IMG/VR virus record: IMGVR_UViG_3300030433_000925
Span: 1-42,757 of that record
Strand: one strand, 5' to 3'
From: a virus
Lineage: Duplodnaviria > Caudoviricetes
DNA: 42,757 nucleotides
The notes beneath the pieces were generated by a model. It saw only the letters and a list, made by a program, of their open reading frames with translations, ran no database searches and was not told the origin of the DNA. Each line of letters begins with the position of its first letter. The stretch's first letter is position 1. Shown here in pieces: positions 1 to 7,575 of this stretch. The position numbers were made by a program, and so were the translations under genes.

Positions 1-154
1 AAGTTAAAAAATCTCCTCGGCATTCTTCTTGGAGCTTTCTTCGTTTTAATTCATCTGTAAGTAAATTTAATTCTAATAATTCGTCTCGTTTTAATTCACC
101 TAGATCGGTAGACGAAATATATTTTTCTATTTCTTCTAAACTATTAAGTTGCAT
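1..154 (-). CDS. terL: Terminase large subunit, N-terminal fragment (runs off window)
   Basis: Manual translation from ATG at 154: MQLNSLEEIEKYISSTDLGELKRDELLELNLLTDELKRRKLQEECRGDFLT, open to the window edge. The helical ..ELKRRK....RGDFLT start is typical of phage TerL, and it lies downstream of terS. ATPase motifs are not visible. Confidence 0.6.
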   Translation of the reverse strand, partial: MQLNSLEEIEKYISSTDLGELKRDELLELNLLTDELKRRKLQEECRGDFLT

Positions 155-857
155 CAAGCGTCATCGCTTCTGGGGGTAATTCTTCATATTCCGTAAAAGC
201 ACCTTCTTCTACTTCATCTAAATTTAATTCAGGCGAAAATAATAATGCTAATGGGTAAGATAAAACTCCTGCACCTTTTGCAACAGCTTTTCCAGCAACT
301 CCTAATCCTTCTAAAAGCATCCCTCCTGGATTTATTTTAAAAGATTCAACTATTGCTGTTTTTGCTCTTTCAGGTGCAAATTGAAATATTCCTTCTCGTA
401 ACATTCTAAAATATTGTTTATCGTTTATATTTCCTATAGCTCGTTCTAAATCTAAACTATCTACATATCGTAAACCATCTTTTAACATTCTTTCTGCTGC
501 TTGAGGTCCACCGATCCTATTTTCTTTCATGCCGTATGCATGAAATTTAAACGCATCTTTTGCAGCTTTAGAAAATTCATCAGGAGAAACTAACATCGTT
601 TTAATACGACCTCCTCCTGTTTGCTTTATTCGTTTTACTGAAGGAGTCTCTTGTAAACCAGCAAATCCTTTCGCCTTTTCTAAATTAGGTGTGAAAAATT
701 TTCCTCGTGTCGTTTTACCTTCTTGTTTTTGAAATTCCATATCGCCAGAATATCCGAAATCAAATTTTGGGTTCGGTAATTTACGAGGCTCACCACGATA
801 AACACGGATCATGCCTTGTGGGTCTTTTTTAAATAAAGACATTAAACCTTGTTCCAT
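144..857 (-). CDS. Hypothetical protein, possible ADP-ribosyltransferase-like virion protein
   Basis: 237 aa ORF; VYRGE...GKFFTPNLEKAKGFA resembles ART-fold motifs; Gly/Ala-rich hydrophobic C-terminus. Confidence 0.4.
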   Translation of the reverse strand: MEQGLMSLFKKDPQGMIRVYRGEPRKLPNPKFDFGYSGDMEFQKQEGKTTRGKFFTPNLEKAKGFAGLQETPSVKRIKQTGGGRIKTMLVSPDEFSKAAKDAFKFHAYGMKENRIGGPQAAERMLKDGLRYVDSLDLERAIGNINDKQYFRMLREGIFQFAPERAKTAIVESFKINPGGMLLEGLGVAGKAVAKGAGVLSYPLALLFSPELNLDEVEEGAFTEYEELPPEAMTLDAT

Positions 858-1003
858 TATTCTTTTTCCCTACGAAAATATACATCTACATGGGCTTCGC
901 ATTTTGGACATGATAAATTAGTTACCATCGAATATTCTTCTTCGTCTTCCAAATCATGGTCACCACCCCAAATTAATTTTGTACCACAATGGTAACAATC
1001 CAT
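857..1003 (-). CDS. Small zinc-ribbon protein (48 aa, not in ORF track)
   Basis: MDCYHCGTKLIWGGDHDLEDEEEYSMVTNLSCPKCEAHVDVYFRREKE; two CxxC pairs; TAATG overlaps with both neighbours. Confidence 0.8.
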   Translation of the reverse strand: MDCYHCGTKLIWGGDHDLEDEEEYSMVTNLSCPKCEAHVDVYFRREKE

Positions 1004-1638
1004 TATTTTTCGCCTCTTGCTTTTGCTGCAAGATCAGCTGTTAAATCACTTAATGAAAAATTTTCTATACCACTTACTATATTACCAAGTGCACCTTCTC
1101 GGCTACCACCAAGTACCTTTCCTATATCTCTTACAGCTAATCCTTTACTTACCATTTGAGCTAAAGGTTGTATAGGATTAGGAACAAGAGATAAAAGACT
1201 TGTCATCCCTCTACCAATTTGAGAAGGAGTTATTGAAAAACTTGGTCCTGTTGTACCTGATCCACCTAACGCACTATTAGGATCAAACCCTGCGATACCT
1301 GTAACATTACCCTGCGTATTTACTGATACATTTGGACCCATGCCTCCAAAAGGACTTAAATCGAAATCTTCTGTGCCAGTTCCTTGATCGCCTTCTATAC
1401 TTGTCGCTCCTAATCCTGCCGAAACAGATTGTTGATTAGCTAAAGAACTTTCTAATCCCATATCATCAGCAGGGTTAAAAAAAGTAGGAATGCCGAATAA
1501 TGAACCAATTCCTCCACGATCTTTTAATAATTGGGCTTCTTGGGGATTGATATATGCGAGCATGTGTGGTTGACCACTAATCGTGGTTTGTTTTGGTATA
1601 GTATCTGTAGGAACTGCTGCTACCCCACCAACTCGCAT
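1003..1638 (-). CDS. Putative internal virion protein
   Basis: 211 aa, Gly/Ser-rich; HMLAYINPQEAQLLKDRGG motif seen in marine podovirus virion proteins; AAGGAG RBS upstream. Confidence 0.5.
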   Translation of the reverse strand: MRVGGVAAVPTDTIPKQTTISGQPHMLAYINPQEAQLLKDRGGIGSLFGIPTFFNPADDMGLESSLANQQSVSAGLGATSIEGDQGTGTEDFDLSPFGGMGPNVSVNTQGNVTGIAGFDPNSALGGSGTTGPSFSITPSQIGRGMTSLLSLVPNPIQPLAQMVSKGLAVRDIGKVLGGSREGALGNIVSGIENFSLSDLTADLAAKARGEK

Positions 1639-1774
1639 TACTGACTCCTTTTTTCCAGATATAACCTATTTATGAAAAAATTAAAACCAAAAAAGATCCT
1701 ATCGTAAAATTTCTGGTATATCGGCTGACAACCTTGCACTTTAGTGCTAGAAAAAGGGTGGTTCTCGCTGTAAA

Positions 1775-1787
1775 GGGGGGTGGGGGG
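1775..1787. other. G-tract GGGGGGTGGGGGG in non-coding DNA, possible terminus/packaging signal
   Basis: Directly visible in AT-rich background between the terS block and the terL operon; function inferred. Confidence 0.35.
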
Positions 1788-1822
1788 CTGTCGTGTCGCT
1801 TTTATAATAGGGTGGTGTGCGT

Positions 1823-1848
1823 AAAAAAAGGGGGGCTAAAAGCCCCCA
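1823..1848 (-). terminator. Rho-independent terminator
   Basis: Minus strand GGGGGCT-TTT-AGCCCCC followed by CTTTTTTT. Confidence 0.8.
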
Positions 1849-1852
1849 AGTT

Positions 1853-2014
1853 TTAAGGTTTTGCTATCTCCCTAGCCGTAGCCCAAGCAGTACCAAATAT
1901 TAATAATAAGCCAATACTAATATGGACTGGATCCCAAATTAAGAACGAAGTAATAAAGTACAACGTAGCTAAGAAAAAACAAATAGTACAAATAATCACG
2001 TGGAATAATTTCAT
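1853..2014 (-). CDS. Small two-TM membrane protein (53 aa, not in ORF track)
   Basis: MKLFHVIICTICFFLATLYFITSFLIWDPVHISIGLLLIFGTAWATAREIAKP; TAGAAAGGA RBS upstream and terminator directly downstream. Confidence 0.75.
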   Translation of the reverse strand: MKLFHVIICTICFFLATLYFITSFLIWDPVHISIGLLLIFGTAWATAREIAKP

Positions 2015-2032
2015 TTTAATATCCTTTCTAAG

Positions 2033-2054
2033 AAAGGGGGGCTACTAGCCCCCC
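2033..2054 (-). terminator. Hairpin / weak terminator
   Basis: Minus strand GGGGGGCTA-G-TAGCCCCCC-TTTCTT just after the stop of 2061..2414. Confidence 0.6.
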
Positions 2055-2060
2055 AGTAAA

Positions 2061-2414
2061 TTAGTTAACTTTAAAGTAATCACCTAAAAGCCTTTTATGG
2101 TAGAAAGTCCAAATTCTTTCTACAGATTGGGTAGTAGATAATTTACTAGTTTCAGGGTTTTTTAAATCTTTAATAATTTCCCCTTTAGTAGCTTTACCAC
2201 CAAGATTATCTAAACTATATAGAATAGCTTGGGCTTGGGCTGGTAAAGGATAAGCCTTTAAGTTTTCTAATACATTATCAGTTAAACTATAAACTACGTT
2301 ATTACTACCCTTTGGAGAAGGGGCAGGAATACCACATTTAGCAATAGAAGACTTATCAACGGTAGGAGTAACAGTAGCACCGTTAGCTACGATTTTAGAA
2401 ATTTTCTTAGACAT
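2061..2414 (-). CDS. Winged-helix-like DNA-binding protein, paralog 1
   Basis: QAQAILYSLDNLGGKATKGEII...TTQSVERIWTFYHKRL aligns with 2723..3037 and 15615..16001; strong RBS. Fold is inferred. Confidence 0.55.
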   Translation of the reverse strand: MSKKISKIVANGATVTPTVDKSSIAKCGIPAPSPKGSNNVVYSLTDNVLENLKAYPLPAQAQAILYSLDNLGGKATKGEIIKDLKNPETSKLSTTQSVERIWTFYHKRLLGDYFKVN

Positions 2415-2464
2415 AATATTTTCCTTTCTATCTTTCTAAGTTATATATTCTATTATTGCGATTT

Positions 2465-2482
2465 TCTTACTAAAGTAAAGTA
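2465..2482. promoter_or_regulatory. Operator-like motif TCTTACTAAAGTAAAGTA
   Basis: 17/18 identical to 3090..3107; contains the near-palindrome TTACTAAAGTAA; upstream of paralog 1. Confidence 0.55.
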
Positions 2483-2538
2483 AAAAGTTAATTATTTTTC
2501 AAACTATCGTTTAACATCGTTAACTAATTATTTTGGGC

Positions 2539-2680
2539 GAGTCAGTCAATCAGTCAAACAAACCAGTAGAGAGAATGGGTCATTATTATACCTGAGCCTT
2601 TGCTCGTGCTGTAATAAGTGATGATGAAAGGCTATGATGAAAGGCTATGATGATGAAACCCAGTCAGTCAGTCAATCAGG
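2539..2680 (+). repeat. Cluster of CAGT/CAAT tetramer repeats and TGATGA(TGA)A repeats
   Basis: GAGTCAGTCAATCAGTCAAACAAAC, TGATGATGAAAGGCTATGATGAAAGGCTATGATGATGAAA, CAGTCAGTCAGTCAATCAG. Confidence 0.85.
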
Positions 2681-2690
2681 TGCAATCGGC

Positions 2691-2717
2691 AAAAAAAGAG
2701 GGAGCCGAAGCTCCCTC
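2691..2717 (-). terminator. Rho-independent terminator with cUUCGg tetraloop
   Basis: Minus strand GAGGGAGC-TTCG-GCTCCCTC-TTTTTTT. Confidence 0.9.
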
Positions 2718-2722
2718 AATCA

Positions 2723-3037
2723 TTAAGCATCGAGTTTAATATACTCATCCTCGACCAATAACTTACGATAGAAATCATAAATTCTTTTTGGCGACTGAAC
2801 AGTTTTTAAACCATTCGCGAGCAAGTTATCAACTACCTCGCCTTGAGTAGCAGAGCCACCAAGAGCTTCAATAGTATTAAGAATAATCATAGCCTGACCA
2901 GCTATCTTACGATTTTCAATAACCTTTGTTATCAAAGTAACTTTACGATTATTAAAACCATTTTTAGCAGGAGCAGGAATACCAGAGTTACCTACAGGAG
3001 ATTTAGCGACAGGAGCTACCTTTTTAGATTTTTTCAT
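2723..3037 (-). CDS. Winged-helix-like DNA-binding protein, paralog 2
   Basis: GIPAP...QAMIILNTIEALGGSATQGEVV...TVQSPKRIYDFYRKLL; has its own promoter, RBS and terminator. Confidence 0.55.
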   Translation of the reverse strand: MKKSKKVAPVAKSPVGNSGIPAPAKNGFNNRKVTLITKVIENRKIAGQAMIILNTIEALGGSATQGEVVDNLLANGLKTVQSPKRIYDFYRKLLVEDEYIKLDA

Positions 3038-3075
3038 AACTTTCTACCTTTCTAAATTAATTAAGTTATACCAGT

Positions 3076-3107
3076 ATCATATACCATACTCTTACTATAG
3101 TAAAGTA
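3076..3107 (-). promoter_or_regulatory. Sigma70-like promoter overlapped by palindrome TTACTATAGTAA
   Basis: Minus strand TTTACT-17 nt-TATGAT (3104..3076); perfect 12-bp palindrome at 3092..3103. Confidence 0.55.
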
Positions 3108-3164
3108 TTAATTACTGATTTTTAAATCTTTTTTATGACAAAATGATTCCTGCTGCCTGGATCC

Positions 3165-3225
3165 GAGTCAATCAATCAATCGGTCATTCAGTCAATCAGA
3201 CAGTCATTCGGTCAGTCAAACAAAA
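3165..3225 (+). repeat. Degenerate 4-nt-period repeat (CAGT/CAAT/CGGT/CATT)
   Basis: GAGTCAATCAATCAATCGGTCATTCAGTCAATCAGACAGTCATTCGGTCAGTCAAAC. Confidence 0.85.
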
Positions 3226-3603
3226 TTGTTTTAGCACGAGCTTCCAGTCAAACGGATGTTGTTGATGATGAATGGTAGGTGATGATGAACAGAGGGTACG
3301 ATTTCTTAGATTGACTGACTGACTGCCTGGAACGCACCAAATTTGATGTTTTGAAGGGTCATGAATAAGAATCCAAGAGACACCTCCTCGAGTTGCACGA
3401 CGCGTGTGCCATGCACATTGCTGGGCTGATAGATTGACTGACTGTATCGTTCCTATCTTGAGTTCAATCCAAAACTCATTGCCCTGCCAACAAGCATTGA
3501 CGTCAGGCACTCCTGTGCCAAGGGCTCCTGTTTCAATCCTTTGCCAGTGAACTTTGGGTAAGCTGTTCTTTAGCGTTTGATACAGGCTCTTTTCTGTCTT
3601 CAT
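3196..3603 (-). CDS. PD-(D/E)xK nuclease, VRR-NUC / Holliday junction resolvase-like
   Basis: E...GVPDVNAC..WIELK...LSAQQCAWH motif pattern. Confidence 0.75.
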   Translation of the reverse strand: MKTEKSLYQTLKNSLPKVHWQRIETGALGTGVPDVNACWQGNEFWIELKIGTIQSVNLSAQQCAWHTRRATRGGVSWILIHDPSKHQIWCVPGSQSVNLRNRTLCSSSPTIHHQQHPFDWKLVLKQFCLTDRMTV

Positions 3604-4111
3604 GCTCTACTACTTTCATATTGCTTCCATTTACAATTTGCTTTATCCTTGAGACAAGATCCTCTGAACTCATGCTTTCCATCTTTGAAACCATGACCTC
3701 CTTCCGATCTATATACAACCCTGCTACCTTGCCCCTAGACACCTCGGCAGAGATCGCAGCAGCAATTTGCCCTGAATCCTTCGCTTCATCACGCAAATGG
3801 GAAAGTTCTGTTAGATGTGAGTCAACACTAACTTCTGCTCGTTGTTTCTGCTTTTCCAAAAGCTCAATAATGAAATTACCAACCAGTGGATTCTTACGAA
3901 GCATTGCAGAACCTTGAACTTTTGAGCCTATCATGTCTTTCGTAAAGCCTGACTTTCTCGCTGCAGCTGCAGCAGACATTCCTTCAACATATAGTCTACA
4001 AAACTTTTTGTGCTTTGGTAGTAGTGGTCGGTGTCTCTTACCATCTGAGCAAACCCAGTAATTTCCACATTCTGATGGCGAAACTGGAGTGTACACAAGA
4101 TCTCTCATCAA
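3533..4111 (-). CDS. terS: Terminase small subunit
   Basis: KHKKFCRLYVEGMSAAAAARKSGF HTH-like start; ..AAISAEVSRGKVAGLYIDRKEV C-terminal pattern typical of TerS. Confidence 0.8.
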   Translation of the reverse strand: MMRDLVYTPVSPSECGNYWVCSDGKRHRPLLPKHKKFCRLYVEGMSAAAAARKSGFTKDMIGSKVQGSAMLRKNPLVGNFIIELLEKQKQRAEVSVDSHLTELSHLRDEAKDSGQIAAAISAEVSRGKVAGLYIDRKEVMVSKMESMSSEDLVSRIKQIVNGSNMKVVEHEDRKEPVSNAKEQLTQSSLAKD

Positions 4112-4149
4112 TATGACCTTTTCTCACTTTCTTTGTTTTCTTTCCTTAT

Positions 4150-4178
4150 ATCTTACCAGACACAATAGTAATATACAA
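4150..4178 (-). promoter_or_regulatory. Sigma70-like promoter for terS
   Basis: Minus strand TTGTAT-17 nt-TAAGAT with TG at the extended -10 position. Confidence 0.55.
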
Positions 4179-4213
4179 TGGTTTTTTATTCTAAAAACAA
4201 AAAACTTTTCTCC

Positions 4214-4326
4214 CGACCCTTTATCTATGACTAACAGTTATGATATCTTGAAAACAAATATCATAGCCAAGAACCAAGAGCCACAGAGCATTACAGAAGA
4301 TATTATGAGATTATGAGATTATGACG
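4214..4326 (+). repeat. Iteron-like element, copy A
   Basis: CGACCCTTTATCTATGA (4214-4230) plus three tandem 8-mers TTATGAGA TTATGAGA TTATGACG (4303-4326); inverted homolog at 21178..21279. Confidence 0.8.
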
Positions 4327-4369
4327 TGAGTTTTAGAAATTAAAACATTAAAAGTGAACAGGAGGGACA

Positions 4370-4389
4370 TTGGGGCATTTCTGCCCCAA
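4370..4389 (-). terminator. Hairpin at the end of the early operon (no clear U-tract)
   Basis: Minus strand TTGGGGCA-GAAA-TGCCCCAA directly after the stop of 4395..4643. Confidence 0.45.
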
Positions 4390-4394
4390 GTTAG

Positions 4395-4643
4395 TTAAGT
4401 GATATTTTCTATTTTTACGAATTCACCTTTTTCAAAAATATATTTCTTACCTTTGTGTTCAGTGTTCCAATTTTCATTACGAATACGACCAACGTATTGA
4501 CTGGTTAAATTTTTATCGCTGATTTCTAAAACCCATTTCATCATCTTTCGCACATTTTTTTCACTTTCGTGCTGAAAGATTTCTCTTATGTGGTCATCTT
4601 CATCATAGATAACACCAGTTGCGTACATTTTTTTCATTATCAA
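4395..4643 (-). CDS. Hypothetical protein
   Basis: 82 aa ORF abutting the upstream gene; AAGGAG RBS. Confidence 0.65.
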   Translation of the reverse strand: MIMKKMYATGVIYDEDDHIREIFQHESEKNVRKMMKWVLEISDKNLTSQYVGRIRNENWNTEHKGKKYIFEKGEFVKIENIT

Positions 4644-4913
4644 TTACTCCTTAAAGTTACAATCAAAAGAGGAAAAGAAGCCTTGACGAATATCTTCATC
4701 AACAGGCGAATTCCACACATCGTCAAACCATAATAATTCACCAGTTCTAAGATTAAGGGCGAACGCTTCATAACCCTCAGGAAAAGAATGGAACTCATCA
4801 CTATACGAACCAGAACCCATTTCGATAGTAACCGAATCCATCATAGTAAGACGAGGGAATGTTCTGATAAAGATATTAGTCATTCCTTCACGGTGTGCAT
4901 AAAGTGCATACAT
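4644..4913 (-). CDS. Hypothetical protein
   Basis: 89 aa ORF; TAATG overlap; GAGGAG RBS. Confidence 0.7.
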   Translation of the reverse strand: MYALYAHREGMTNIFIRTFPRLTMMDSVTIEMGSGSYSDEFHSFPEGYEAFALNLRTGELLWFDDVWNSPVDEDIRQGFFSSFDCNFKE

Positions 4914-5194
4914 TATAAATTCTCCTCTTTCATTAACTGCTCGATTAACTCGTCATCGCCCTCGTCAGCACAATCCTCTGGGTGAGGAATACGAGAATGA
5001 GGGGCTTCTTTTCGTAAAGGATTACCCCACTCATCATACTTACCCCAAAATGGGTTAACGTGCCAAACATCATTACCTGTAGCGATATAAGCTCTATCAG
5101 GGTTTTGGGAACCAATCTCTCTAGCCTCAGCTCGATCCCAATCTTGGGGTGATGCGTAAATAAAATCACGATCTTCTTGTTCTTGTATGTACAT
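4913..5194 (-). CDS. Hypothetical acidic phage protein
   Basis: 93 aa; TAGAAAGGA RBS and promoter upstream; DVWHVNPFWG...PHPED. Confidence 0.75.
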   Translation of the reverse strand: MYIQEQEDRDFIYASPQDWDRAEAREIGSQNPDRAYIATGNDVWHVNPFWGKYDEWGNPLRKEAPHSRIPHPEDCADEGDDELIEQLMKEENL

Positions 5195-5226
5195 TTTTCT
5201 TCCTTTCTAAAATTAATCTTACTTAT

Positions 5227-5272
5227 ATTATAGTAAAGCAAAGCGACGATTACTATTACATTATACTGTTTT
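5227..5272 (-). promoter_or_regulatory. Phage promoter of the repeated class
   Basis: AAAACAGTATAATGTAATAGTAATCGTCGCTTTGCTTTAC-TATAAT; ungapped match to 6446..6491. Confidence 0.6.
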
Positions 5273-5280
5273 TACTCGTA

Positions 5281-5308
5281 AAAAAACCCCACCATTTTCA
5301 TGGTGGGG
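5281..5308 (-). terminator. Rho-independent terminator
   Basis: Minus strand CCCCACCAT-GAAA-ATGGTGGGG-TTTTTT. Confidence 0.9.
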
Positions 5309-5338
5309 CGAAAGGAACTGTTATGTCGTAAATAAAAT

Positions 5339-5368
5339 GACTATGTCCAGAATCAACTGGACATAGTC
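5339..5368. repeat. Perfect 12-bp inverted repeat
   Basis: GACTATGTCCAG-AATCAA-CTGGACATAGTC. Confidence 0.85.
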
Positions 5369-5375
5369 GACCAAG

Positions 5376-6401
5376 CTATGCGTTTGCATATTCGATAGCT
5401 TTGTCTAATGCTTTGGCTTTCCTGTTTGCTCCAACGCCAAACCATGATGAATGAAGAGCATTACCAGGAGCTGACTGCTTTTTCTGATGATCTTCGTGAT
5501 AAGTCACACCATTCAAAGCACCCCACCAAGTTCCCTTGGCTGACTTCATCGTAGCACCTGGACTTAGATCGATGTTTTGAAGGACCTGAGTCGCTGTAGC
5601 ATTAAACTGCTCTTGCATAACGAATTCATCATCAGTAAGTGCTTTGGCTTTATCAACAAGTACGGAAGGTTGATACAACTCAGCAATATAATTAAGAACT
5701 GATTCTTGTTTGTATTGACGAGATGCAAGGAACTCGGACTTTTCTTTGAAGTCGGTTATCGCTTGACTACTGAGACCAAGTGCTTCTTCTGCTGCAGCTC
5801 GGACATCTTCATCGAACTCTTTGACGTGGGGCATACGAAGTGCAGTACCTTCGCCTCGCAATGCCATAGTCAAGGTATTGTTACAAACAACTCGGATCGG
5901 TGTAAACTTAATCGTCATTGCTTTGCCTGCTTCGTGAGGCTGATTGATAAGGAGGTAGCCTTTAACTTCATCGCCACCAGCTAATTCGAAATCATCTTCG
6001 AGTTTGGCTAAACCCCAAATCTCTTTACCATCTCGTAAAGAACCAGCAGTCTCCATTTTCATATGACCTGCTTGAGTAAACTTAACGAAGAAGTCGAAGA
6101 TATCTTTGTTTTGGATAGGTATGTATTTTTCGCCACACTGCGATAAAACTGAATTATCGCTATCCCTAACAATGAAGTGATGTCCACTAGCTTGGAGTAA
6201 ACCGACATCACCAACGATCTGACCATTTTCGGTTGACCACTCAGGCTTATCTAATGTATAAGCTGGTCGTTTACTAACTGTCCAGTCAAGCTGTGCAGCT
6301 TTTTGCATTTGAGCTGGAGTAAGGGTATCAGAAACTTCTGTTCCTAACCCATGCCAAGGCTTTGCATTTGCATAAGCCATTGTTTCGATATTATGTGCCA
6401 T
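5376..6401 (-). CDS. DUF932 family phage/plasmid protein
   Basis: MAH..ETMAY...PWHGLG, LDWTV, ETAGSLRDG, FTPIRVVCNNTL signature. Confidence 0.9.
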   Translation of the reverse strand: MAHNIETMAYANAKPWHGLGTEVSDTLTPAQMQKAAQLDWTVSKRPAYTLDKPEWSTENGQIVGDVGLLQASGHHFIVRDSDNSVLSQCGEKYIPIQNKDIFDFFVKFTQAGHMKMETAGSLRDGKEIWGLAKLEDDFELAGGDEVKGYLLINQPHEAGKAMTIKFTPIRVVCNNTLTMALRGEGTALRMPHVKEFDEDVRAAAEEALGLSSQAITDFKEKSEFLASRQYKQESVLNYIAELYQPSVLVDKAKALTDDEFVMQEQFNATATQVLQNIDLSPGATMKSAKGTWWGALNGVTYHEDHQKKQSAPGNALHSSWFGVGANRKAKALDKAIEYANA

Positions 6402-6445
6402 TATTCTTCCTTTCTAAATTAATGGTTAATATTTAACTTACTACT

Positions 6446-6491
6446 ATAATAAGAGATATAAAAAACGATTACTATAACAAAATAATGCTTT
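6446..6491 (-). promoter_or_regulatory. Phage promoter of the repeated class
   Basis: AAAGCATTATTTTGTTATAGTAATCGTTTTTTATATCTCT-TATTAT. Confidence 0.6.
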
Positions 6492-6579
6492 TACTGATTC
6501 AAAAAATAACGTATCGTTAAGTATCGTTTATTTCTCCCCTGTAAATGAGTGTAGAATCAAGGTTCCTCCATACTTGGTT

Positions 6580-6831
6580 CTACATCTTTTCTTTATGAAA
6601 CTCTTTTAGATATTCAAGAGCCCATTGTCTAGTTGGTGCTTTTCCTTGTTTAGTAAAACCATCTAAGCTCCAACCCCATTCGGTATTAAGAGTACCAACA
6701 TAATAAATGTCTCCAATCTTTTTGTTTTGAAAGAAGACTTCCCAATCAGAAACACCAGACCATTTCGCAAACTCTCTTTCTTTTTCGGTATTGTATCCTG
6801 TGTTTGGTCTCTTTAATAAATACTCCATCAT
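6580..6831 (-). CDS. Hypothetical protein
   Basis: 83 aa ORF with ATGA overlap to the upstream gene. Confidence 0.7.
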   Translation of the reverse strand: MMEYLLKRPNTGYNTEKEREFAKWSGVSDWEVFFQNKKIGDIYYVGTLNTEWGWSLDGFTKQGKAPTRQWALEYLKEFHKEKM

Positions 6832-7034
6832 ACTTCTCGTGGCTCAGGTGAATCAACAATATTTCCTAAATTCATACCTGTTTGTCTTATATCAAGCCAT
6901 TGTAATACGAGCTTATTATTATGGATCTTTTGAAGACGAGCAAGATCTGGGATAATTACACACATAGGATCATGCCAGTATTCTTCAGTTTGATCTGGGT
7001 AAGTGACTTTTAATAAAAATTTTGGTTTACCCAT
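6828..7034 (-). CDS. Hypothetical protein
   Basis: 68 aa ORF; GAGGGG RBS. Confidence 0.7.
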   Translation of the reverse strand: MGKPKFLLKVTYPDQTEEYWHDPMCVIIPDLARLQKIHNNKLVLQWLDIRQTGMNLGNIVDSPEPREV

Positions 7035-7194
7035 TTTGTTTCCCCTCTAATGTTTTTAATTTTTGCTGAGCTAAAGATAAAAGTTCATATGCCTCTCTTA
7101 ATTTTAATTGTACATCACTAAGTTTGTTTTTAGTATCAACTAACTGAGCAGTTCTCTTTATGTACTTAGCCTCATAGTTTATTTCTTCACTCAT
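7027..7194 (-). CDS. Small coiled-coil protein (55 aa, not in ORF track)
   Basis: MSEEINYEAKYIKRTAQLVDTKNKLSDVQLKLREAYELLSLAQQKLKTLEGKQNG; fills the gap and overlaps both neighbours. Confidence 0.7.
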   Translation of the reverse strand: MSEEINYEAKYIKRTAQLVDTKNKLSDVQLKLREAYELLSLAQQKLKTLEGKQNG

Positions 7195-7372
7195 CTAATT
7201 CATCCCCCTCTGGTTCTTTCCAAAACACAACAATATGAGCAATATTATCTTTTACTTTATCATAATGCTCAAATTGTTTTTTCAGATCACTTTTGTCTAC
7301 ATAACCCCAATTATCATGATCAAACATTTCTATACATGCTTCATCTAAGGTTTCAGAATGGAATCTACTCAT
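7187..7372 (-). CDS. Hypothetical protein (start revised to MSRFHSE)
   Basis: GGAGG RBS before ATG at 7372; ATGA overlap with the upstream gene. Confidence 0.7.
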   Translation of the reverse strand: MSRFHSETLDEACIEMFDHDNWGYVDKSDLKKQFEHYDKVKDNIAHIVVFWKEPEGDELDE

Positions 7373-7575
7373 AGTCCTACCTCCTTCTTCCATTTTTCGA
7401 CTTGTTTTAATAAAGAGACAGCACATTCATACCGACCCTCACAAATACCCTCAGTACCGTCAGTAAGAATTTCTTCACCATCGACTACAGGGGCTTGATG
7501 GCTAATTTCATGTTTTAACCATCGTTCTATCTTTGCAATTACTTGATTAGATACATCATCTGGATTACCTATCAT
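7369..7575 (-). CDS. Hypothetical protein
   Basis: 68 aa; GGAGG RBS; TAATG overlap. Confidence 0.7.
   Translation of the reverse strand: MIGNPDDVSNQVIAKIERWLKHEISHQAPVVDGEEILTDGTEGICEGRYECAVSLLKQVEKWKKEVGL

Noticed and set aside
2600-2660. Hammerhead ribozyme suggested by TGATGA...GAAAC
   Set aside because: No CUGAnGA core and no flanking helices; it is a simple direct repeat.
2539-3225. Possible CRISPR array
   Set aside because: Repeats are 4-13 nt units without unique ~30-nt spacers; no cas genes.
2843-5984. Plus-strand ORFs 2843..3055, 3621..3917, 4089..4316, 4788..4985, 5706..5984 and minus-strand 4945..5241
   Set aside because: Shadow frames of better-supported genes, or overlapping the non-coding repeat element; no RBS or motifs.
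2511-6437. CtrA boxes (TTAA-N7-TTAA) in promoter regions
   Set aside because: Observed TTAA spacings are N5 (2511) and N3 or N10 (6419), not N7.
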